Source of the DNA: Planctomycetota bacterium
GTDB taxonomy: Bacteria; Planctomycetota; GCA-002687715; DRQF01
Direction: 5' to 3'
Assembly: GCA_036479435.1 (NCBI GenBank)
Contig: JAZGFI010000170.1
Span: 1 to 64,000, forward strand
DNA length: 64,000 nucleotides
The notes below the pieces were generated by a model that was not told where the DNA came from, did no database searches, and saw nothing but the letters and a program-made list of their open reading frames with translations. Below are positions 57,366-64,000 of the stretch, piece after piece; the stretch's first letter is position 1; the number at the start of each line of letters is the position of its first letter. Position numbers and translations under genes: made by a program.

Positions 57366-58181
57366 CTATAAGTCGAGGACCATCTCTTGACGTGCGGCTA
57401 GCGTGTTCGGCCAGACTTGCTGGGCTTCTTTTTCGATGGCACGACAGGCGTCGTCAGCGTGCGAGGGATCGTGGCTGAACAAGATGAGTTGTTTCGCCTT
57501 GGCTTTTTCGATGACCGCCACTCCCTCGCGAAAAGTGCTGTGTCCCCAACCCTGTTTGCCGCGCTGGTATTCGTCCGGGGTGTACTGCGCGTCATAAATG
57601 AGCGCGTCCGTTCCCTTGGCGAATTCAACGAGTCGCTCGTTGATTCCGGTGGAGGGATGTTCGGTGTCGGTGGCGAGAACGAAAGACTTGCCATCTTCGT
57701 CGACACGAAAAGCCGTTGACTCCTGCGGGTGGGGAAGTGGGATCCAACTGACTGCCGCATCTCCAAGCATTACTTTTTGATCCGGCTGAAGTCGATGGAA
57801 CGTCCGGGGCGCCAACATGGCGTCGAGGCCGACGGGGAAAAAGGGCGGTGACATTTGCCGCGACAAAAACTCCTCGGCGTCCTTTGAGCAATAAATGTGG
57901 AGGCGGAATTCAGGAGAATACGCGGCACCAAAAAATGGAAAACCCTGAATGTGATCCCAGTGTGCGTGGGTCAAAAAGAGGTGGATGTTGGGGCTAGGTT
58001 TTGCCCCTCGCGAGAAAAGATCGTTCGAGAATTCACGGATGCCGGTGCCCGCATCGATGAGTAAGACATCGGGGCTACTTTCCAGCCTCACTTCAAGACA
58101 GGGCGTATTGCCGCCGAACTCCGCGAAACGGGCGCCGGATACCGGAACACTTCCCCGAGTTCCCCAAAACTTTACTTGCAT
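57366..58181 (-). CDS. MBL-fold metallo-hydrolase (PhnP/RNase Z-like family)
   Basis: FWGTRGS, GGNTPC, IDAGTG, THAHWDHIQG, TDTE, WGHS, SHDP. Confidence 0.9.
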   Translation of the reverse strand: MQVKFWGTRGSVPVSGARFAEFGGNTPCLEVRLESSPDVLLIDAGTGIREFSNDLFSRGAKPSPNIHLFLTHAHWDHIQGFPFFGAAYSPEFRLHIYCSKDAEEFLSRQMSPPFFPVGLDAMLAPRTFHRLQPDQKVMLGDAAVSWIPLPHPQESTAFRVDEDGKSFVLATDTEHPSTGINERLVEFAKGTDALIYDAQYTPDEYQRGKQGWGHSTFREGVAVIEKAKAKQLILFSHDPSHADDACRAIEKEAQQVWPNTLAARQEMVLDL

Positions 58182-58521
58182 GCGCCTCTCTCGAATCATC
58201 CCGCACTGTGTTCTGTGCCTAAGGTAATCCATGGGGTGCGGAGTCCGCAAGGTGCAGGCTCGGTGGGAGTTGCGATTCTCTTTCCCTGAGGTTTCGCACT
58301 TTTTGCGGAATTTTCCCGCAATATTCGAATCTATGCCTCAAAAAACTGAATGTTGCGGCGGTCCGATGCGCCGTGGATGACGTCTGACTAGAAGATGTAG
58401 CTATAAAACAGCAATAGGACTAGAATTCGGGGTCTGAGTGTGAGGGCCCCTTGGGACGACTTGATTTCTGCGGAAGGTGTCGTGACGCCATCTGGGAACC
58501 AATAGGAGCAGATAGAGAGCG

Positions 58522-61167
58522 ATGCCGAAATCCCCCCTAATCGTGACGGTGCTGGCGCTGTGCTTGCTTGGTGTTTTGGGCTCGCTGTGGTGGCTGAACC
58601 AAGCCGACGAAGAAGAGATCAAACCCGGCAAGCCGGGCGCGGCCCCGTCCAATATCGAGGGCGAAGAGACCAAATCCGAGCGGCGTGAGGCCACCCGGGA
58701 GTCTTCCAAGGTGATTGAGGGCCGCCGCGAGACCCTTCGCGATGAAGAAAAAATCGCGGCCGCAGCGATTGCCTGGATAGCCGGGCAGGCTCTCGATGAG
58801 GCAAATCGTCAGCCGGTCGTGGGCGCGCTAGTGAAGATGACCGCACCCGGCGCCGCCGTCGAGACTCGAACGGACGAGCAGGGGCGCTTCCGTGTCGCGG
58901 CCACCGCCGCGAATCTCGCTTGGCGCTTGCGCCTGCGATCAGAGGGAATGACGAGTGCGATTATCGATGTTGATGAGTTGATACGCGACGAAGAACGCGA
59001 TCTTGGCGTCGTCCTCATGCTGGCCGCCGGTCGAGTCCGCGGCGTGGTGACGGCGGCAGGGGGCGTCCCGGTCAAGGACGGAGAGGTCGCGCTTTTTCGG
59101 GAGACCACCACCTCGCCAACGGGCGGTTTGGATCTCCAGAAGATCTTCAAGGCGATCTTTCAGGACGACGATCCGATCGAGTGGGTCGCGACGCGCGATG
59201 ACGGAAGTTTCGTTTTTGAGGATGTTCCCGCCGGTCGCTACGTCATCCGCGCATCGGGTCCTGCTCTGGAGTCGCGATTCGCGAGGCCCTTTAACGTCGA
59301 TAGTCAGGCCGCAGCACCTCGTGTCAATATTCAGTTGCCCTCAGGAGGGATACTGCGCGGCAAGATTGTGGACGAAAATGAGCGTCCGATCGCAGGGGCA
59401 ACGGTGGCAGCCTTGCCCAACACCGATAACAACATCCCCGAAGTCTTCATGACCCAAAAGGCCTGGAGTACTGGCGATGGTAGTTTTGAATTCACGACTC
59501 TCGGGCGAGAGAAGCACTTCATCATGGTTCGCGCTGAAGGTTATACCGGGGGTACGGTGAAAGACGTCGTCCCTGGGCAATCGAAAGATCTGGTCATCAA
59601 GTTGACGGTGGGGGGGCGCTTGCACGGCCGCGCCTTCGACAAGGCCACAGGCACCAGTCTCAAGGGAATTCAAGTCATGGTGATGACCAACAAAAACTCT
59701 TTTCTTGTTGAAACCGTGACGGACGAAGATGGCAATTACGAGCTCAATGGCATCAATCGGGACGACTCCATGATGGTCATGGTGCGAGACGCCAAATACT
59801 CGCTTGACCTGGGCAAGGGAATGAGCCGAGCCGTCATCATGGGTGGTCTGCAGGTGGATGCGGAACAGTTCAAAAAGACCGGCGGCAAATTCGACCTTGC
59901 GCTCATCCGTGGCGCGACGGTCAAAGGACGTGTCTTTGACCGGTTGACCAATCAAGGCGTCTCCGGCGCCTGGGTTCGTGTAGGCGCCACCGGCTCGTTG
60001 ATCTTCAACATGAATGCCGGCTCGAAGCGGCGTGTCTACGCAAAGACCGATGAGAATGGTCACTACGAACTTAGCGATGTGCCGGCGGGTGAAAAGATGG
60101 TCGCTTTGGCTTGGCACCCCAACTATCACAACTACGCTGATCCGAAGGCTAAAGGCCGAGGCATGATGGGTATCATGGGAAGTCTTGGACCCGACACTTT
60201 TGAGTTGTCCTCCGGCGTGACATCAGAAAATCACGACATCGGCTTGGTCAAGGGCGTGAGCTTGCAGGGCAAGGTTGTGGACGTCGAAGGAAACGCCGTT
60301 AAGGGAGCGCGAATTTTTGGCCTTTCTTCGGAAGGGCAACCCGACCTCGTCACCATGCTATTCGATTCAAAACGTCCATTTGATCTCAGCGACAAGTCTG
60401 GATTTTTCAAACTCAGGGGTCTAAAGGGCGACGAAGGGATGACGGTGCAGGTGACCCATCCTGACTATCCGACCGGTGGCAAGGCCGTCATCGAAAACGT
60501 CGCAACTCTCGGCGGCGAAATCAAAGTCGTGATTGAGGCGGGCACGTCTCTCTCCGGAGTCTTGAGCGATCACACCGGTCAGGAACTTGTTGAGCAGACT
60601 ATTATGGTCAGCGTCGAAACTGGCGTCCCACGCACACTCGGTTCACCGATGATCATGTTCATGGGAGCGGACACAAAGAGCGTCACGCAAACGGCGATCA
60701 CCGATAGATCCGGGCATTTCGAATTCACCGACTTACCGGCGGGCGAGGCAACGCTCAGTTGTCCAAAGGATAGCGGCAAGACTCTTGCCGGCGAGGGAAC
60801 GAAAGTGACCCTAGAAGCGGGCGGATCGAAGACGGTTGCTTTGCAGCTGGTCAAGACGCTCGAGATATCGGGTCGCGTGGTGGATGCCGACGGTAAGCCA
60901 GTGGAAGGCACCTGGGTTCAAGTTAAAAAGAAGGAGGAGGGGCAAGCGGACTTGCCTGAGTCACTGAAATACGGGCTCTCGTCCGGGGAGGACGGTGAAT
61001 TCGTTCTGAAGGGTTTGCCCCCGGGATATCGAGTTGAAATTAGCGGCAATAGCATGAGCGCCTCGTCTGGCGAGGAAGGGCAAAGTACAACGCCGGTCAT
61101 GCAAACCGGCAGTGTTAGCGCCACGGCCGGCGATACCGGAGTCCGGCTGATTCTTAGTGAAGAATAG
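58522..61167 (+). CDS. Membrane-anchored protein with repeated carboxypeptidase-regulatory-like (prealbumin-fold) domains
   Basis: N-terminal TM, then about 8 repeats of the pattern GxVxDxxGxPVxGAxV...TDxxGxF. Confidence 0.88.
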   Translation: MPKSPLIVTVLALCLLGVLGSLWWLNQADEEEIKPGKPGAAPSNIEGEETKSERREATRESSKVIEGRRETLRDEEKIAAAAIAWIAGQALDEANRQPVVGALVKMTAPGAAVETRTDEQGRFRVAATAANLAWRLRLRSEGMTSAIIDVDELIRDEERDLGVVLMLAAGRVRGVVTAAGGVPVKDGEVALFRETTTSPTGGLDLQKIFKAIFQDDDPIEWVATRDDGSFVFEDVPAGRYVIRASGPALESRFARPFNVDSQAAAPRVNIQLPSGGILRGKIVDENERPIAGATVAALPNTDNNIPEVFMTQKAWSTGDGSFEFTTLGREKHFIMVRAEGYTGGTVKDVVPGQSKDLVIKLTVGGRLHGRAFDKATGTSLKGIQVMVMTNKNSFLVETVTDEDGNYELNGINRDDSMMVMVRDAKYSLDLGKGMSRAVIMGGLQVDAEQFKKTGGKFDLALIRGATVKGRVFDRLTNQGVSGAWVRVGATGSLIFNMNAGSKRRVYAKTDENGHYELSDVPAGEKMVALAWHPNYHNYADPKAKGRGMMGIMGSLGPDTFELSSGVTSENHDIGLVKGVSLQGKVVDVEGNAVKGARIFGLSSEGQPDLVTMLFDSKRPFDLSDKSGFFKLRGLKGDEGMTVQVTHPDYPTGGKAVIENVATLGGEIKVVIEAGTSLSGVLSDHTGQELVEQTIMVSVETGVPRTLGSPMIMFMGADTKSVTQTAITDRSGHFEFTDLPAGEATLSCPKDSGKTLAGEGTKVTLEAGGSKTVALQLVKTLEISGRVVDADGKPVEGTWVQVKKKEEGQADLPESLKYGLSSGEDGEFVLKGLPPGYRVEISGNSMSASSGEEGQSTTPVMQTGSVSATAGDTGVRLILSEE

Positions 61168-61286
61168 CGCTACTGAATAAAGGCCTTTTGAGGCGCGAGG
61201 AGCGACTTGAATCCCCAGGTGCAGCAGGCCTCGCCCCCGGGGAGGGCGGTCGAGATGCCGCAACCCCGGTTCTTGGCAAAAATAAA

Positions 61287-61327
61287 GGCGCCCCTCGGGT
61301 TTTCGCCTTGCGAGCCCGAGGAGCGCC
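61287..61327 (-). terminator. Intrinsic terminator between convergent genes
   Basis: GGCGC-C-CCTCGGGTTT...GAGCCCGAGG-A-GCGCC, with AAAAATAAA to the left. Confidence 0.65.
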
Positions 61328-61351
61328 AAAATTAATGACAAAAGGTCGAAG

Positions 61352-62881
61352 TTATACCGGCGTCAGGTCTTCCATCTTTGAGAAAGCGGCTTTCTCGGGG
61401 ATATAGCCCATCAACTCGTGCAAAGTTGTGAACTTGTTGCTGCCCGTCGAAAACTCGATGTCGTCACCCGTGAATTGGCCGGGGTGCTCATAGCCCGCCG
61501 CGTGCGCAAGGGCCAACAGCTCCTTGCGGAAAGAACGAACGTAGCGAGCGAAGCGGGCCGTCTTGTGGTCGATATCGAGGCCTTTTTGCAACCACATGGT
61601 TTGAGTGGCGACGCCAGCGGGGCACTCGCCGGTGTGGCATTTCAAAGCCTGAATGCAGCCGATCGAGATCATGGCTTCACGTGCAATGGCGATCAGATCG
61701 CAACCCATCGCCAAGGCAATGACGGCGCGATCGGGGAAGCCAAGTTTTGCGCTGCCGATCCACACGATTTCGTTGGCGATGCCGCGCTGCAAAAAGATCT
61801 TGTAGACCCGTTCGAAGCCGATCTTGAAGGGCAAAGAAACGTGGTCGGCGAAGGTCAAAGGCGCTGCGCCGGTGCCGCCTTCACCACCGTCGATGGTGAT
61901 GAAATCGGGACCGCGTTTGGCGGCTGCCATCTTGTCCGCTAGCTCTTCCCAAAAGTCCAAGGCTCCGATCGCCGACTTAATGCCGACGGGCAGACCAGTT
62001 CGATCGGCGATGGTCTCGATAAAATCGATGAGCTCATCGACGTTCGAAAACTCCGCGTGCGAGTTGGGAGACATGCAGTCTTCGCCCTCGGGAATGTCGC
62101 GGATAGCGGCGATTTCGGCGGTGACCTTGGCCCCGGGCAGGATGCCGCCTTTGCCAGGTTTCGCGCCCTGCGAGAGCTTGATCTCGATGCAGCGAACCTC
62201 GGGGACCTCTTTGACGCGGTCTGCGACACGGTCTAAGGAGAACTTTCCGTTTTTGTCTCGAGCCCCGAAGTAACCGGTGCCAAGTTGCCACATGATGTCG
62301 GCGCCTTTGCGGTGATAGGGACTGATGCCGCCTTCACCTGAGTTGTGGTAACAACCGGCCTCCCGGGCCCCGGCGTTTAGAGCCGAGATGGCGCGGTAGC
62401 CAAGCGAGCCGAATGACATCGCCGAAATGTTGATGATGGAATTCGGTCGGTAGGGCCGCTTGCGACTGTGGCGTTCGCCCATGATCTTCAGGCAGGGAAT
62501 GACGGTTTTGTCGTCGCCAGGATAGGTCGCATTCTTTTCGGGGAAGGGGAAGGCGGCGTTCTTGATGATCGGGTAGCCAACTCCGTAGATCATCTCGGAA
62601 GTTCCAAAACCAAAGGTGTTGTTTTGGCCCTTCGATGAGGCGTATATCCAGGAGCGTTCCGAGCGGTTAAAGGGAAGCTCCTCGCGGTCGTTGGCCACCC
62701 AATATTGGCGCAGCTCCGGACCGATCATTTCGAGGAAGTAGCGCAGTCGACCAACCAAGGGATAGTTGTGTCGGATCGCATGTCGCTTTTGAAAAATATC
62801 GTACACCGTCATGTACACGATGATGACCAGAACGATCCACAAGATCGTCAAGTAAGGATGGGTGGTGACATAGTTCCACAT
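61352..62881 (-). CDS. FMN-binding glutamate synthase family protein
   Basis: ISAMSFGSL, SGEGG, IKLSQGAKPGKGG, IDGGEGGTGAAP, [3Fe-4S] motif CIQALKCHTGEC; N-terminal TM. Confidence 0.93.
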   Translation of the reverse strand: MWNYVTTHPYLTILWIVLVIIVYMTVYDIFQKRHAIRHNYPLVGRLRYFLEMIGPELRQYWVANDREELPFNRSERSWIYASSKGQNNTFGFGTSEMIYGVGYPIIKNAAFPFPEKNATYPGDDKTVIPCLKIMGERHSRKRPYRPNSIINISAMSFGSLGYRAISALNAGAREAGCYHNSGEGGISPYHRKGADIMWQLGTGYFGARDKNGKFSLDRVADRVKEVPEVRCIEIKLSQGAKPGKGGILPGAKVTAEIAAIRDIPEGEDCMSPNSHAEFSNVDELIDFIETIADRTGLPVGIKSAIGALDFWEELADKMAAAKRGPDFITIDGGEGGTGAAPLTFADHVSLPFKIGFERVYKIFLQRGIANEIVWIGSAKLGFPDRAVIALAMGCDLIAIAREAMISIGCIQALKCHTGECPAGVATQTMWLQKGLDIDHKTARFARYVRSFRKELLALAHAAGYEHPGQFTGDDIEFSTGSNKFTTLHELMGYIPEKAAFSKMEDLTPV

Positions 62882-63140
62882 CGCTCATTCCTCTCACTGC
62901 GTTGCCGGTCGCTCCGGCTAGCTGCGGCTCCCAAGGGCTGGATTAGCAGCAAATCCTTGAGGTCGCATAACCGGGTTTGAGTGCTCGCCAGATGCCAGCA
63001 CTTGCTCTTAGGACAATTCGAAGCCGTTGCGATCGGGTCGCAAGGCTTGATTGACTGAGGCGAGGAATACCAGAAAGGCGCTCCTGGTGTAAGTCCGCAG
63101 GCCCGGTTGTTCGCGTTTTCTATCGGTTAATGTCGGAGGG

Positions 63141-64000
63141 TCACTCAATTTTTGGCCGCGCCGCGAGGTAGGGACTTGGCCAGTATTGGTCCGGATTCTC
63201 CAGCTCCGTTGCCGCGTGGAGGGTTAGATAGGGATTAGCAAGGTGAGGGCGCGCCATCGCCGTCAAGTCGGCACGGCCCGCGGCTAAGACGGTGTTGGCG
63301 TGGTCGTATCCTTGAATGGCGCCCACCGCCATGACTTTGAGCCCCGTTTCATAGCGAATGCGCTCCGCGAAGGGGACTTGGTACATACGACCGTAGATAG
63401 GGTTGGATTCGGGCGAATTGCCGGCACTCGACACGTCGATGACGTCACAGCCAGCCTCGGCGAGCCAACGCGACAGTTGCACGCTTTCTTCAATCGTTGT
63501 GCCTCGTCCCTTGAGCCAATCGCTGGCGGAAATACGGACGAACATGGCTTTTCGTTCGGGCCAGACCGTGCGCATGGCGCGGAGCACTTGGAGCGGAAAG
63601 CGCGCTCGATTATCCAAGGAGCCGCCATACTGGTCCTGCCGCTGGTTGCAAAGCGGCGAGAGAAAACTCGACAGCAAATAACCATGTGCCATGTGCAGCT
63701 CGACAAGATCAAAGCCGGCGCGCTCGGCGCGTTGAGTCGCGGCGACGAAGTCGGCGCAGACGCCTTCCATATCCGCCTCCGTCATCTCCCGCGGGGTCGG
63801 CCATCCGCTGTCGAGGGGAAGGGCCGATGGGGCGATCAAGTCCCAGGCCCCTTCGTCGGCTCTCAGCGGACGGCCAGGGCCGTCCCACTCGTGGTGAGCT
63901 GATCCCTTTCGACCCGCGTGGGCGAGCTGAATCCCGATTTTGGTCGGGCCATTTTCGTGGACGAAGCCGACGATACGTTTCCAGGCTTGCTCTTGTTCTT
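63141..64000 (-). CDS. Old-yellow-enzyme (NADH:flavin oxidoreductase) domain, 5'-truncated; resembles the C-terminus of bifunctional aminobenzoyl-/salicylyl-CoA hydroxylase-reductases
   Basis: The frame is open to the window edge. QLAHAGRKG, HMAHGYLLSSFLSP, YGGSLDNR, YGRMYQVPFAERIR, ARPHLANP. Confidence 0.88.
   Translation of the reverse strand, partial: EQEQAWKRIVGFVHENGPTKIGIQLAHAGRKGSAHHEWDGPGRPLRADEGAWDLIAPSALPLDSGWPTPREMTEADMEGVCADFVAATQRAERAGFDLVELHMAHGYLLSSFLSPLCNQRQDQYGGSLDNRARFPLQVLRAMRTVWPERKAMFVRISASDWLKGRGTTIEESVQLSRWLAEAGCDVIDVSSAGNSPESNPIYGRMYQVPFAERIRYETGLKVMAVGAIQGYDHANTVLAAGRADLTAMARPHLANPYLTLHAATELENPDQYWPSPYLAARPKIE

Noticed and set aside
62982..62997. Sigma-54-like TGGCAT-N5-GAGCA upstream of the glutamate synthase-family gene
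   Set aside because: The spacing is right but the -12 element is a poor match, too weak to call.

Overview
A gene-dense, GC-rich (roughly 60% by eye) bacterial chromosomal segment, almost certainly from a Planctomycetota genome. Evidence for this is a DUF1553/PSCyt plus DUF1501 pair, an ECF sigma factor with a linked Ser/Thr kinase, and several large Ser/Thr kinases. It holds about 40 CDSs, mostly for envelope functions: peptidases, kinases, secreted beta-rich proteins, a porin and redoxins. I saw no rRNA, tRNA, CRISPR array, prophage or intact transposase. Main hidden signals: (1) Two neighbouring genes that the ORF track splits at in-frame UGA codons are exported selenoproteins. One is a TlpA-like redoxin (W-U-G-P-C, UGA 22049-22051) and the other a lipoprotein MsrA (G-U-F-W-G, UGA 24704-24702). 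Each has a SECIS-like hairpin, and together they suggest a selenium-based envelope methionine-repair module. (2) Five otherwise dissimilar secreted proteins share an unnamed module of about 130-160 aa ending in a Q-x-hydrophobic-DP(T)xP...T/S motif. It is combined with NIDO-like, heme c, beta-helix and PKD domains. (3) A 179-bp palindromic MITE with a TTA target duplication sits in a stop codon. (4) A candidate structured ncRNA lies between two tandem paralogues. (5) The window also has a decayed cutC remnant, REP-like palindromes and a 24-bp repeat that encodes mini-ORFs. All calls come from reading the sequence by eye; no searches or folding programs were run.
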